A DNA stretch of 63,392 bases, the filler included, from Acidimicrobiia bacterium (GTDB lineage: Bacteria; Actinomycetota; Acidimicrobiia; Spongiisociales; JAENVV01), in assembly GCA_041577335.1 (NCBI GenBank). It is 6 parts of 6 records of this genome, joined end to end, with 100 filler letters (N's around TTAATTAATTAA, not from the genome) between each part and the next. Parts side by side here need not be neighbours in the genome. Positions count along the whole stretch, not along the records: positions 1 to 11,742 come from JBFGJH010000081.1; positions 11,843 to 23,487 come from JBFGJH010000082.1; 4 more parts are not named here. One strand, 5' to 3'. A program made the position numbers and the translations under genes. Positions 10,226 to 20,934 of this stretch are shown one piece after another; position 1 is the first letter of the stretch, and every line of letters begins with the position of its first letter. The notes beneath the pieces were generated by a model. That model had not been told where the DNA came from. It saw only the letters and a program-made list of their open reading frames with translations, and searched no databases.

Positions 10226-11404
10226 ATGGTGAACAAGACGATCGGTGTGGGAGTAATCGGATTCGGGTGGATGGGCCAGGCCCACAGCCGCGCCTATCGC
10301 AACATCCCCGTGTATTTCTCCGAGACCGGGCTCGAACCGCGCCTCGTCGCGGTGGCCGACACGGTCCCGGACCGGATCGAGCTCGCAACCAAGAACTTCG
10401 GTTTCGAGAACGGCACCGCCGACTGGCGGGAGCTGCTCGAGCGCGATGACATCGAAGTCGTCGATATCACGGCCCCCAACGCCATGCACGAAGAGATCGC
10501 GGTCGCCGCCGCGGCCGCCGGCAAGCAGATCTTCTGCGAGAAGCCGGTCGGCATCGAACCCCGGGCCACCGCGGTCATCGAGCAGGCGGCCCGCCGGGCG
10601 GGGGCAATCACCGGCTGCGGATACAACTACCGGTGGGCTCCGATGGTGCAGTTCGCCAAGCGCCTCATCGATGAGGGACGCTTCGGCGAGCTCACCCACT
10701 ACCGCGGCCGCTTCTTCTCGATGTACGGCCGGGACCGGCTCGGCCTGCTGTCGTGGCGCTTCAAGCAGGACGAAGCCGGCTACGGCGTCCTCTCGGACAT
10801 CATGTCCCATGCAATCGACATGGCGCAGTACCTGTGCGGGCCGATCGTGAAGGTCGTCTCCGTCAAGGAGATCTTCGTGAAGGAGCGGCCGTTGCCGACG
10901 CCCGGGGCGGGAACCCACTACGACCGCGGCAAGCCCGCGGACCCCACCGGACCGGTGACAAACGAGGACTACGTGGGCGCCCTCGTTGAGTTTGCCAACG
11001 GCGTGCGGGGCACTCTCGAGGTCGATCGGTCCATCTTCGGCCCGCAGAGCTCGATGGCCTTCGAGCTCAACGGATCCAAGGGAGCCGCCGGCTGGGATCA
11101 CGAGAAACTGAACCAACTACAGCTCTACCTGCCCGAGGAGCAGCCAACCGACGGCTTCATCGAGGTGCTCTCGGGTGATGCCTACTCCCATCACGGCAAC
11201 TTCGTCCCGGGCAGCGGCAACTCGATCGGGTATGAGGACATGAAGACGATCGAGGCGCTGGAGTTCATCAAGGCGGTCGCCGAGGGTCGGCCGAACGAGC
11301 CGAGTTTTGCCGCTGCCCTGGCCAACGCATCGGTTGCCGCCGCCATGGTCCGGTCATGGGAATCTGAGAAGTGGGAGCAAGTCGTCAGTCTCCGAATCGA
11401 CTGA
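10226..11404 (+). CDS. Gfo/Idh/MocA oxidoreductase (second inositol/sugar dehydrogenase)
   Basis: GFGWMG, CEKP, GYNYR and DIMSHAID. Confidence 0.88.
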   Translation: MVNKTIGVGVIGFGWMGQAHSRAYRNIPVYFSETGLEPRLVAVADTVPDRIELATKNFGFENGTADWRELLERDDIEVVDITAPNAMHEEIAVAAAAAGKQIFCEKPVGIEPRATAVIEQAARRAGAITGCGYNYRWAPMVQFAKRLIDEGRFGELTHYRGRFFSMYGRDRLGLLSWRFKQDEAGYGVLSDIMSHAIDMAQYLCGPIVKVVSVKEIFVKERPLPTPGAGTHYDRGKPADPTGPVTNEDYVGALVEFANGVRGTLEVDRSIFGPQSSMAFELNGSKGAAGWDHEKLNQLQLYLPEEQPTDGFIEVLSGDAYSHHGNFVPGSGNSIGYEDMKTIEALEFIKAVAEGRPNEPSFAAALANASVAAAMVRSWESEKWEQVVSLRID

Positions 11405-11421
11405 CGCGGGAGGACGGCGCG

Positions 11422-11742
11422 ATGATGCTCGAGAACTCAACCAAGCGGAAGCTGCGAGAAGGCCGCGCCGTATATGGAGCCTTCTTCCGTTATGCCGCCC
11501 CTTCCCTGGCCGAGTTCTTGGCGATGCAGGGCTGGGATTTTGTCCTCTTCGATGCCGAGCACGGATCGTTGGAACCACGCGACATGGAGGACCTGGCACG
11601 GGCTTGCGAGCTGCACGACGTGACCCCGCTGGCCCGGGTAACGACGAATGCCGCCCCGGTCATTCTGCGGTTTCTCGATGCCGGCGCCCACGGGGTGCAA
11701 GTCCCGTGGGTCAACACCGCGGCCGCGGCCGAACAGGTGGTG
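11422..11742 (+). CDS. HpcH/HpaI aldolase family (3' truncated at contig end)
   Basis: GWDFVLFDAEHG and FLDAGAHGVQVPWV. Confidence 0.85.
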
Positions 11743-11842
11743 NNNNNNNNNNNNNNNNNNNNNNNNNNNNNNNNNNNNNNNNNNNNTTAATTAATTAANN
11801 NNNNNNNNNNNNNNNNNNNNNNNNNNNNNNNNNNNNNNNNNN
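11743..11842. other. Artificial contig spacer
   Basis: 100 nt of N containing TTAATTAATTAA (stops in all six frames). Confidence 0.99.
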
Positions 11843-11843
11843 C

Positions 11844-12020
11844 CAATTCGGTCCGCTCCCGGATGCGGATCCGGACAACGATGGGCCTGACTACAACAGC
11901 GACGGCCTATGCGACGTCTCCGATGCTCCCACATGCACGAGTTGTCATGGCACACAGGGGGCCGCGAACGCGGCCCCGCAACGAGGAGTCCCAGCCGAGG
12001 CGCATCACGCCTCCTCCTGA
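11844..12020 (+). CDS. C-terminal fragment of a putative c-type cytochrome
   Basis: Frame open from the contig start: QFGPLPDADPDNDGPDYNSDGLCDVSDAPTCTSCHGTQG...HHASS*. CxxCH at 11934-11948. Not in the ORF track. Confidence 0.55.
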   Translation, partial: QFGPLPDADPDNDGPDYNSDGLCDVSDAPTCTSCHGTQGAANAAPQRGVPAEAHHASS

Positions 12021-12178
12021 GTGTGAGCGACGTTACGCCCGAACGATGACCTGCGCTAGAGGAATAAGTCCCATGCCGCCGGTTCATACCTCGCAGCCGT
12101 CCGGCGGCACATTTGGTCACAGAAGGCTGATTGGGCTGCGGGGGCGCCCCGGACATCGCCCGGGGAGATTCTCGTCGC

Positions 12179-14893
12179 TCACGCCCGTTCGAAGCGGCGC
12201 TTGATCCACTTCTCCAATTCCACACCGAGGAACGCCCCGGTCGACACCAGCAACACCACACCGAGGTCGCTCGCCGACAGGGATTCGGTCTTGAGCAACG
12301 ACTGGAGCGGCGCCCAGTAGATGATGACGATCTGAAGCGCCAGGGTCGCGAGAACCGTCCACAAAAGGGACTTGTTGGTGGTCAGCCCGAGCGAGAGAAG
12401 CGACTGGCGCTCGGACCGCACGGCGAGCGCATGCCCGAGTTGGAGCAGCGCCAGGGTGGTGAAGATCATGGTTTGCCAGGGCCGGTCGGTTGCCTCTCCC
12501 CACAGCCCAATCCCGAGTGTGAGGAAGCCCATGAGGAGGCCGATTACGATCACGTGCTGCCAGAGCCCATGGGCGAAGATGCTTTCCCGAGGAGGACGCG
12601 GGTCCCGCTTCATCACGTCGGGCTCGGCCGGTTCGATGCCGAGGGCCAGCCCGGGAAACCCATCGGTCACCAGGTTGATCCACAGGATCTGCACCGGTTG
12701 CAGAGGCAGGGGGAGGCCGATGAAAGGGCCGAGGAACATCACCCAGATCTCGCCGGCGTTCGATGTCAAGGTGTACTTCACGAAGCGCCTGATGTTGTCG
12801 TAGATGCGCCGGCCCTCGCCGACAGCCGTCACGATCGAAGCGAAGTTGTCGTCGGTCAGGACCATTTCCCCCGCTTCCTTGGCGACATCGGTCCCGGTGA
12901 TCCCCATGGCTACACCGATGTCGGCGGTGCGAAGCGCTGGCGCATCGTTGACGCCGTCTCCGGTCATCGCCACAACCTCGCCGTTTTCTTTCCATGCCTC
13001 GACGATGTCGAGCTTTTGTTCGGGAGATGTTCGGGCGTAGACGGCAACGTGGGGCACGTGCTCAGCGAGGTCCCTGGAGTGCTCCTCGATCTCGGCCCCG
13101 GTCATCACGTCCTTGCCTGATTCGAGAATGCCGAGTCGCTCGCCGATGGCGCGGGCCGTTGCGGGATGGTCGCCTGTGATCATGACCGGAGTGATACCGG
13201 CTGACCGGCAAGCCGCCACCGCGGCGCGCGATTCGGGGCGAGGGGGGTCGGCCATGGCAGCCAGCCCGTAGAGCACCAGGTCGCGTTCCGACTCCAACAC
13301 GTGGCTCAGCTCCCCGTCGTGGACGGTCCTGCCGGCGATGGCGAGGACGCGATATCCCTGGGCAGCGAATTCGGCAGCCCGCTCGAGGACTTCTCTCCGG
13401 CGTTCCTCAGTGAGCTCCTCGTCCCCGTCTGAGGCGGCAACATGGGTGACGGCCTCGATCATCGCCTCGGTGGCGCCCTTGGCAGCCACGAGCTGGTCGT
13501 CGGTTCCGGGTATGCGGTGGATCGTCACCATGCGCTTGCGGTCGGAATCGAAAGGGACTTCGGCCGTCCGCGGGTACCTCTGATTGACTCGTTCACGGTC
13601 GAAACCCACCTTGCTGGCGACGGCGAGCAGGGCGCCCTCGGTGGGGTCCCCGACGATGCTCCAATCATGGTCTTCGTCCGCCGGGGGAACGAGGACGGCG
13701 TCGTTGCAAAGGGCGGCAGCCGTGAGCATCGATGCGAGGGGCGACTCCGGTTCCACCGGTCGCGATTGGCCTTCGCGCCGAAACTCTCCAGATGGCTTGT
13801 AGCCGGATCCCGTGACGTCGTCCACGCCCTCTGTGGTCCACACCTTCTCCACGAGCATGCGGCCCTGCGTCAGGGTCCCGGTCTTGTCGGTGCAGATGAC
13901 CGTCACCGAGCCGAGGGTTTCCACCGCCGGCAGCCGCCGGATGAGCGCATGGTGGCGGATCATCCGCTGCGCCCCAAGCGCCAGCCCGATGGTGACGACG
14001 GCCGGCAGCGCCTCCGGGATTGCTGCCACTGCCAAGCTCACCGCAGTGAGGAACATGACCTCTACGTCCTCGCCTCGGGCGACCCCGACCGCAAAGACCA
14101 CGGCGCAGATAGCGATGGCGGCCACCGCCAGCCAGCGGCCGAGCACGGCTAGACGTTTCTGCAGCGGGGTGCGCGGTGCCTCGTGTGTCTGGAGGAGTCC
14201 GGCGATGTGTCCCAGTTCTGTGCCCATTCCGGTCGCCGTGACTATTCCGCGGGCGCGGCCATACACGACAGAGGTGCCTTTGAAAACCATGTTGTGACGA
14301 TCGCCGATGGTCTCAGCGGCGCCCTCGGGGATCACCTCGTCGATCTTGTCGACCGGCACGGATTCCCCGGTGAGGGCCGACTCGTTCACCCGTAGGTTGG
14401 GGCACACGACGAGTCGCGCATCGGCGGCGACGACGTCGCCCGCTTCGAGGACCATCACGTCGCCCGGGACGAGTTCGGTGGCCACGATCGAGGTCTCCAT
14501 GGCGTCTCGGACAACCCGCGCATGGGGAGCCGTCATTGTGCGGAGCGCCGCCATGGCCTGTTCGGCGCGGTATTCCTGGAAGAACCCGATCATGGCGTTG
14601 AGGATCACGATGGCGCCGATCACGATCGCATCTGTGGGCTCGCCGATCGCAACCATGATCGCCGCCGCCACGAGCAAGACGACGATCATGGTGTTGGCAA
14701 ATTGGAGGAGGAATAGCCGCCAGAGAGGCTGAGTGGGTTCCTCTTCGAGTTCGTTTGGCCCGTAGCGTGTTTGCCGCTCGATGACCTGTGACTGGGACAG
14801 GCCGCGCTCGGCGTCGGTCTCCAATTGAGCCGTGATGGCGGCGGCATCGGTTGCCCACCACGCAGTGGCCTTGGCAGATGCAGGAGCCGTCAC
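12179..14893 (-). CDS. Cation-transporting P-type ATPase (type IIA, Ca2+-like)
   Basis: TGES, AIPEAL, DKTGTLT, TGDGVND and [10 protein letters not shown]. Confidence 0.95.
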   Translation of the reverse strand: MTAPASAKATAWWATDAAAITAQLETDAERGLSQSQVIERQTRYGPNELEEEPTQPLWRLFLLQFANTMIVVLLVAAAIMVAIGEPTDAIVIGAIVILNAMIGFFQEYRAEQAMAALRTMTAPHARVVRDAMETSIVATELVPGDVMVLEAGDVVAADARLVVCPNLRVNESALTGESVPVDKIDEVIPEGAAETIGDRHNMVFKGTSVVYGRARGIVTATGMGTELGHIAGLLQTHEAPRTPLQKRLAVLGRWLAVAAIAICAVVFAVGVARGEDVEVMFLTAVSLAVAAIPEALPAVVTIGLALGAQRMIRHHALIRRLPAVETLGSVTVICTDKTGTLTQGRMLVEKVWTTEGVDDVTGSGYKPSGEFRREGQSRPVEPESPLASMLTAAALCNDAVLVPPADEDHDWSIVGDPTEGALLAVASKVGFDRERVNQRYPRTAEVPFDSDRKRMVTIHRIPGTDDQLVAAKGATEAMIEAVTHVAASDGDEELTEERRREVLERAAEFAAQGYRVLAIAGRTVHDGELSHVLESERDLVLYGLAAMADPPRPESRAAVAACRSAGITPVMITGDHPATARAIGERLGILESGKDVMTGAEIEEHSRDLAEHVPHVAVYARTSPEQKLDIVEAWKENGEVVAMTGDGVNDAPALRTADIGVAMGITGTDVAKEAGEMVLTDDNFASIVTAVGEGRRIYDNIRRFVKYTLTSNAGEIWVMFLGPFIGLPLPLQPVQILWINLVTDGFPGLALGIEPAEPDVMKRDPRPPRESIFAHGLWQHVIVIGLLMGFLTLGIGLWGEATDRPWQTMIFTTLALLQLGHALAVRSERQSLLSLGLTTNKSLLWTVLATLALQIVIIYWAPLQSLLKTESLSASDLGVVLLVSTGAFLGVELEKWIKRRFERA

Positions 14894-15000
14894 GGAACCT
14901 CCCTGTCGAGTGCATCCAGCCTATTACTGAGGTGCGAGCTGGTTACGTACAAGCGCCTTCGCCTCTCGTGGCAGCGGGACGTTGAGCGTATGCGCTCGAT

Positions 15001-16020
15001 CTATCCGAAGAAAGTGGCGGCGACGTCGAACAGCTCCGGCGGGACCGATCTCACCTCGGCGCACGCCTCCTCCAAAGGAACGTCCACGATCTCCATACCT
15101 CGCAGCGAAGCCATCACCTTCGTCTTGCCGGCAACGGCCATGTCGGTCGCTGCCGTCCCGAGCCGAGTCGCCAGGACGCGGTCGAAGGCAGTCGGGGTTC
15201 CCCCTCGTTGCACGTGCCCCAGCACGGTTACACGACTCTCGAATCCGGTCAGGTCTTCGAGCGCCGGGGCAATCTGGTAGGCCACACCACCGAGCCGCTC
15301 GAACCCGAACACATCCTTCTTGAGCTCGGTGGCAACAGGAGGCGTGACACCTTCGGCGACGACGACGATTGAGTAGTTTCGGCCCCGGCGATGGCGTCGC
15401 TGGATGATGCTCGCGATCTCTTCGAGGTCGTACTCGAGCTCGGGAATCAGGATGGAATCGGCGCCGCCGGCAATGCCGGCATGAACAGCAATCCACCCCT
15501 TGGTGCGCCCCATCACTTCGACGACCATGATCCGATTGTGGGCTTCGGCGGTCGACGTGATCCGATCCAGCGCATCCGTGGCGATCTGCACCGCTGTGTC
15601 GAAACCGAAGGTGATGTCGGTTCCGCTGATGTCGTTGTCGATCGTCTTGGGCACACCGACGACGTTGAGGCCCTCGTCGGCGAGCCGCAACGCAGTACGG
15701 AGCGTGCCATCTCCGCCGATAACGATCAGCCTGTCGATGCCGTTGCGGCGGATGGTGGGTTCGCAGCTGTCCCACCCATCGCCATGGACGTAGGGGTCCC
15801 GCCGGGAGGTGCCCAGAATGGTGCCACCACGCTGGAGGATCCCGCGAACATCGTTGCGGCCCAAAGATCGAGTTCGTCCCTCCATGAGGCCATCCCATCC
15901 ATTGAGGATGCCGACGACCTCGGAATCGTGATGTTCGACGGCACGAGTCACGACGCCGCGGATGACGGCATTGAGCCCGGGGCAATCGCCGCCGGCAGTG
16001 AGCACTCCTATGACGGGCAT
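15001..16020 (-). CDS. pfkA: 6-phosphofructokinase, ATP-type signature
   Basis: GGDCPGLN, IGGDGT, PKTIDND and EVMGR. Confidence 0.9.
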   Translation of the reverse strand: MPVIGVLTAGGDCPGLNAVIRGVVTRAVEHHDSEVVGILNGWDGLMEGRTRSLGRNDVRGILQRGGTILGTSRRDPYVHGDGWDSCEPTIRRNGIDRLIVIGGDGTLRTALRLADEGLNVVGVPKTIDNDISGTDITFGFDTAVQIATDALDRITSTAEAHNRIMVVEVMGRTKGWIAVHAGIAGGADSILIPELEYDLEEIASIIQRRHRRGRNYSIVVVAEGVTPPVATELKKDVFGFERLGGVAYQIAPALEDLTGFESRVTVLGHVQRGGTPTAFDRVLATRLGTAATDMAVAGKTKVMASLRGMEIVDVPLEEACAEVRSVPPELFDVAATFFG

Positions 16021-16065
16021 GCGAGGCCTTTTTCGAGTTCGCTGATCATGGTGCCGGTCGCCATC

Positions 16066-17214
16066 TCAGTAGAGGAACATCGGCTTGCCGCCGACATGGC
16101 GCACCTTGGGTATGTAAGCGTCAGAGTCGTAGAGCTCGTCGACGTCAACTCGTTTGACGCCCTCGCCGGTGACACTGATGGGCACGTTTGAGTACGTACC
16201 ACTTCTGAGCGCAACCATGCGTCCCGACGAGCCGTCCATGGCAAGGTCGGCAGCCATGACTGCAAAGTTGATGGCGACCATCATGTCGAGCGAGTCGGGC
16301 CGACCGGAGCGCATCAGATAGGCCACCTGCTGGTAGATGATGCCCTCGCCGGTGATCGCTCTAAGGGCTCTGCCGAGCTCTTCGCCGACACCGCCGAGCT
16401 TTCGGTGCCCGTATGCATCGGCCTCGCCCCGGAGAAACATCTCGCCGCCCAGCATCTGGGCGCCCTCAGAGACGGTGACCATTGCGTAATTGCTCGGATT
16501 GCTGCGCTTGTCGCGCATGATGAGGTCAGCAACCTTCTCGGCGTCAAAAGGCACCTCGGAGATCAACGCCCGGTCTACTCCCGCCAGGTAGGCAGTGATC
16601 AGGGACGTCTCTCCCGAATATCGTCCGAACAGCTCCACGACCGCAATGCGCTCATGCGATCCGGCGCTCGTGCGGAGATTGTGGATGAATTCGACGCCGC
16701 GAGTCACGGCCGTTGAGAAGCCAATGCAATAGTCCGTGCCGTGCACGTCGTTGTCCATCGTCTTGGGTATGGCAATGACCGGCACCCCTTCCTTGTGCAT
16801 GCGGAGCGCATAGGAGAGCGTGTCGTCGCCACCGATTGGGATGAGGGCATCGATTCCCTGCGATTCGATGACCCTCAGTGCATGGGCGGTGAGGTCATGG
16901 GGCCCGTCTCCGACTACCTGATCTCTGAGGAAGTCGGGGACCTCACGGTCCTTCACCTTGGCCGGATTGGTCCGTGAGGTGTGGAGAAAAGTCCCGCCGC
17001 TGCGGTCGACGGTGCGGACATTGGCGGGGTCGAGGACCATGACGTGATCCCCGATCGACGCCGGATCGTCCGGGTTGGCGTCGACGAGGCCGCCCCAGCC
17101 GCGGCGAATGCCCACGACTTCGTGACCGAAATCGGCCACCCTGCCGACGACGGATTTGATACACGCGTTGAGGCCGGGAACGTCGCCCCCGCCAGTCAGC
17201 ACTCCGATACGCAC
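16066..17214 (-). CDS. Phosphofructokinase, PPi-type signature
   Basis: [21 protein letters not shown] and ELFGR; GTG start with GAAAGGG RBS. Confidence 0.85.
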   Translation of the reverse strand: MRIGVLTGGGDVPGLNACIKSVVGRVADFGHEVVGIRRGWGGLVDANPDDPASIGDHVMVLDPANVRTVDRSGGTFLHTSRTNPAKVKDREVPDFLRDQVVGDGPHDLTAHALRVIESQGIDALIPIGGDDTLSYALRMHKEGVPVIAIPKTMDNDVHGTDYCIGFSTAVTRGVEFIHNLRTSAGSHERIAVVELFGRYSGETSLITAYLAGVDRALISEVPFDAEKVADLIMRDKRSNPSNYAMVTVSEGAQMLGGEMFLRGEADAYGHRKLGGVGEELGRALRAITGEGIIYQQVAYLMRSGRPDSLDMMVAINFAVMAADLAMDGSSGRMVALRSGTYSNVPISVTGEGVKRVDVDELYDSDAYIPKVRHVGGKPMFLY

Positions 17215-17419
17215 ACTGTTCCCTTTCTCAGCCGCGCCCGTTCGCCACACATTCCTGCCCCCGACGCCGGAAGGTCAGCCACGAGATCCAGCGTTGGAAG
17301 GAGATCATTTGGGTGCATCATGGGAAGCGCCCTGGCCCGAGTTGGCTCGGTCATCGACATTATCGCCGCGGAGCTTAGTGCTGCGCCGAGAGACGCCAGA
17401 GCCGGCGGTGCACGCATCG

Positions 17420-18241
17420 TCAAGCTCGGTCAGGTGATCCTGCTCCGGGTTCTGTTGTTGCGTTGCGCTCGTCGCGCCAATCGAGGAAGTCCTGCACGGC
17501 GGAAACGTCGTAGTTGCTTCCGTCAACGCCGAGCGTGAATTGGTGAATGCCGGCATTGGCCAGCTCATCGGCGGCGGTGACCGACGCTTTGCCGAGCTCG
17601 GTCCAACCGGTGGAGCGCTCGATCGCTGCGGGATCACGGCCGACCTTCAGACACCATTCGTTCAGTACCTGGTTCTTGCGGCCGATTGTTGCGAGGCTTC
17701 CGAAGGTGTGCCAGATGTCTGCGTGTTCGGCGACGATCCGGAGCGTGACCTTCTCGCCTCCGCCACCGATGAGGATCGGAAGCGGCCCGATCGGTGCGGG
17801 ATTGAGCAGATCGAGGCGCTGTTTGAGAATTGGCAGGTCACGATCGAGGTTGCGGAGGCGGCCCGGCGCCGTGCCGAATTCGTAGCCGTATTCGACGTAA
17901 TCGCGCTCGAACCACCCTGATCCCATGCCGAGGATCAGCCGTCCTCCGGATATGTGATCGACGGTGCGCGCCATGTCGGCGAGCAGTTGCGGGTTGCGGT
18001 AGGAGTTACAGGTCACGAGGGCACCGAACGCAATGCGCTCCGTCGCCTCTGCCCAGGCAGCGAGCATTGTCCAGCACTCGAAGTGAGCACCGTCGGCTGG
18101 TCCGAAGAGCGGGAAGAAGTGGTCCCAGTTGTAGACGACGTCGACTCCCATCTCCTCGGTGGTGGCTACCGCGCGGCGGATGGCGGCGTAGTCGGCGTGC
18201 TGTTGCTGGATCTGGACAGCGATGCGGATGGGATAAGTCAT
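17420..18241 (-). CDS. LLM-class F420-dependent oxidoreductase (MSMEG_2906-like)
   Basis: NWDHFFPL, FECWTMLAAWAE, VTCNSYRNPQLLADMARTVDHISGGR. Confidence 0.88.
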   Translation of the reverse strand: MTYPIRIAVQIQQQHADYAAIRRAVATTEEMGVDVVYNWDHFFPLFGPADGAHFECWTMLAAWAEATERIAFGALVTCNSYRNPQLLADMARTVDHISGGRLILGMGSGWFERDYVEYGYEFGTAPGRLRNLDRDLPILKQRLDLLNPAPIGPLPILIGGGGEKVTLRIVAEHADIWHTFGSLATIGRKNQVLNEWCLKVGRDPAAIERSTGWTELGKASVTAADELANAGIHQFTLGVDGSNYDVSAVQDFLDWRDERNATTEPGAGSPDRA

Positions 18242-18300
18242 TCGTGGGTCCTTTGCGTCAGGCGCGTGGTTCTCGGTTGGGCGGTTTGCGTGTATTCGTC

Positions 18301-20856
18301 TCAGCTGAGCAAGCCGCGGAGAACCGGCGCTTCGCGCTCACGCATGGCAACGTTGGCGTGCAGGCGTTCGATGCTCTGCGCCTGGGTCTTGGCTGCTCCG
18401 GGAATCGGGTTCTCGGCCAGGAACGCCTCGATCTCGTCGGCGATGCCTCGATGGCTCAGTGCCGGCAGTCCGGCGAGGATGTATCGCACCGTGAGAGCAG
18501 GCACCGTTTCCATGATCTTCTGCCAATGATCGCGAATCTTCTCCCACACGTAGATGCCATGGGAGCGGTTGCTCAGCATGCGCATCAACACCCATGAGCT
18601 GTCCTGGTTGCGAATCCTCCCGTCGAGGATCTTGTCGAAGAGTTCGTCGGCCGCCTCCTTGGAATCGAACTCGGTGAGCGCCTGGAGCAAGAGCATCTCC
18701 CGCTGCGGTGTGGTCGCAGCGTCGTGGGCGGCGACGAATTGCCGGAAATGGGCGAGTTTGCCTTGGCCGGCGGTAACGAACAAACCGGCCTGCCCGACAT
18801 CAGGGTCGATTCCGTATGGCTGGGAGATGTATGCCTCGGCGGCGTCCGCCGCCTTCTCGATGGTGGCACGATCCTCGGCGATGACTCCCATGGCTCGAAT
18901 GAGCTGGCCTCTCAACAGCCGGTCCAGGTCGGACTCGCCATCCGCCGGCGAGAAGCCCATGCGGCCAGCCGCCGGACCGACCAGGGACATCACTTGCTTT
19001 GAGAAACCCCCGAGGAGTGAGTCGTCGGTGATATGTCGCAAACGCCCAAGGTGGCCGATGAGCATCTGCCAAACCGGTTGTGAGGGCTCGTCGACGTACG
19101 CAGCAGCCAGGGCGAAGAAGTCCTCCGACGTGAGTTGCCCGTTCGTGACGAACGCAAACGTGTCGTCGAGAATCGTGAATCGCTCCAACGGGTCGAGATC
19201 GGCCAGCGCCGAGACGAGCCGCTGCAGCATCGCGGGCTCATATCGGACTCGGTAGAACCCATGGCCTCCTGCGTTGGCGACGAGCCAGTCCGGTGGCGCA
19301 TCGAGCTCGATCGTGATTTCAGGTTCGGTCATCACCAGTTTGGCTAGATGCAGGGCGCCGTCGGTGGATAACTTGACCTGAATGGGAATCTGCCAGAGCG
19401 TGTGATCTGACGCATCCGGGACCAGCATGAAGCGCCGCTGGCGGAGCGTCAGTGTTGAGCCCGACAGCTGCACGTCGATCTGAGGGAATCCCGCCTGCAA
19501 TATCCAGGTGTCCAAGAGAGGCCCGACCGGCTCACCTGATGCCGAGTCGAGACCCGCCCACAGGTCGGCGGTTACGGTGTTGCCGTAGGCGTGCGCCTTC
19601 AGATAGCGCTCTACACCGGTCCGGAACACGTCTTCGCCCAGGTACTGCTCGATCATCCGCAGCACGGCTGCGCCCTTTCCGTACGTGAGCGCGTCGAACA
19701 TCTCGTTGGCCTCATCGGGGGAGTCCACCGGGAATTCCACGGGCCTGGTGGTCGACAATGAGTCGACGGCGAGAGCATCGGATCGTTCCGCGCCGCCGTC
19801 GACGGCGAACGCCATCCAACGCTGCCATTCGGGGTGAATGGCGTCAGTCGTCTTCATCTCCATGAACGAAGCGAACGCTTCGTTGAGCCAGATTCCCTCC
19901 CACCAGCCCATCGTGACGAGATCCCCGAACCACATGTGGGCAAGCTCATGGGCGATGACGTCGACAACCCGCCTCTGTTCGGCCAAGTTGGTCGCGGCGG
20001 GATCGACGAGCAGGCTGCTTTCTCGGAACGTGATCGCTCCGAGGTTCTCCATTGCGCCAAAGGCGAAATCGGGCACAGCGATGAAATCGATCTTGTCGCC
20101 CGGATAGGGGATCGAGTAGTACGCAACGAGGTAACGCAAACAGAACTCGCCGGCTTCGAGAGCGAACTGCGTCAAGTCATGCTTGCCTTTGGGCGCGATG
20201 ATCCGCAAGGGCACACCGTCGACGTCGATGGCGTCCGTTGCCTCGAGCGGTCCGACCACATATGCGACCAGGTAGGTGGACATTCGCATGGTCTCGGCGA
20301 ACACGACCTTGACCCTCCCGTCAGGCAGCGGATGGCGCTCGATTTCTCGCCCGTTGGATACCGCCAGGAGATGACTCGGCACTATCAGGCTGACCGAGAA
20401 GGTCGCTTTGAAGTCGGGCTCGTCCCAGCAGGGGAAGGCGCGCCGGGCGTCGGTGGCCTCGAACTGCGTCGTGGCGATGGTCTGCTCCACGCCGTCCACG
20501 TCGGTGAACGTGCTTCGATAGAAGCCGCGCAACTGGTCGTTGATGGTCCCTGTGAACGACAGGTGAAGCTCATACGACCCCTGAGGGGCCCGATCGGTGA
20601 AGCTGAGGTGAGCTCTTTCGGCCGGCTCGTCGTAACTGACGACCGCGGAGAGGCGTTCACCCGCCGGATTCGTTATGAACGCCTCTTCGATCACGAGCTC
20701 AGTTGCATTGAGGATGAGGAGGTCGGTTGCCTCCTCCACGGTGATCTCGACGATCTGTGATCCACGGAACGTGAACGAACTCAGGTCGGGCTCGATGGTG
20801 ATGTCGTAGCGGCGCGGTATCACGGAGCGGGGCAGGCGATGTGGATTGTCGAGCAA
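18301..20856 (-). CDS. M1 family aminopeptidase with ERAP1-like C-terminal domain
   Basis: GAMEN, HELAH-x18-E (WLNEAFA) and TYGKG; TTG start at 20856 inferred from a GGGA RBS. Confidence 0.92.
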   Translation of the reverse strand: MLDNPHRLPRSVIPRRYDITIEPDLSSFTFRGSQIVEITVEEATDLLILNATELVIEEAFITNPAGERLSAVVSYDEPAERAHLSFTDRAPQGSYELHLSFTGTINDQLRGFYRSTFTDVDGVEQTIATTQFEATDARRAFPCWDEPDFKATFSVSLIVPSHLLAVSNGREIERHPLPDGRVKVVFAETMRMSTYLVAYVVGPLEATDAIDVDGVPLRIIAPKGKHDLTQFALEAGEFCLRYLVAYYSIPYPGDKIDFIAVPDFAFGAMENLGAITFRESSLLVDPAATNLAEQRRVVDVIAHELAHMWFGDLVTMGWWEGIWLNEAFASFMEMKTTDAIHPEWQRWMAFAVDGGAERSDALAVDSLSTTRPVEFPVDSPDEANEMFDALTYGKGAAVLRMIEQYLGEDVFRTGVERYLKAHAYGNTVTADLWAGLDSASGEPVGPLLDTWILQAGFPQIDVQLSGSTLTLRQRRFMLVPDASDHTLWQIPIQVKLSTDGALHLAKLVMTEPEITIELDAPPDWLVANAGGHGFYRVRYEPAMLQRLVSALADLDPLERFTILDDTFAFVTNGQLTSEDFFALAAAYVDEPSQPVWQMLIGHLGRLRHITDDSLLGGFSKQVMSLVGPAAGRMGFSPADGESDLDRLLRGQLIRAMGVIAEDRATIEKAADAAEAYISQPYGIDPDVGQAGLFVTAGQGKLAHFRQFVAAHDAATTPQREMLLLQALTEFDSKEAADELFDKILDGRIRNQDSSWVLMRMLSNRSHGIYVWEKIRDHWQKIMETVPALTVRYILAGLPALSHRGIADEIEAFLAENPIPGAAKTQAQSIERLHANVAMREREAPVLRGLLS

Positions 20857-20934
20857 GATTGGTTTCCCACGTGGCGAACAAACCACGGGATTGTAGTGCC
20901 TGCTCTGTGCTCTCTCCTCGCTACCGTGCGGGTC

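Noticed and set aside
12056..12075. DosR-like box downstream of the cytochrome fragment
   Set aside because: Only the GGGACT half matches, and the site lies between convergent genes.
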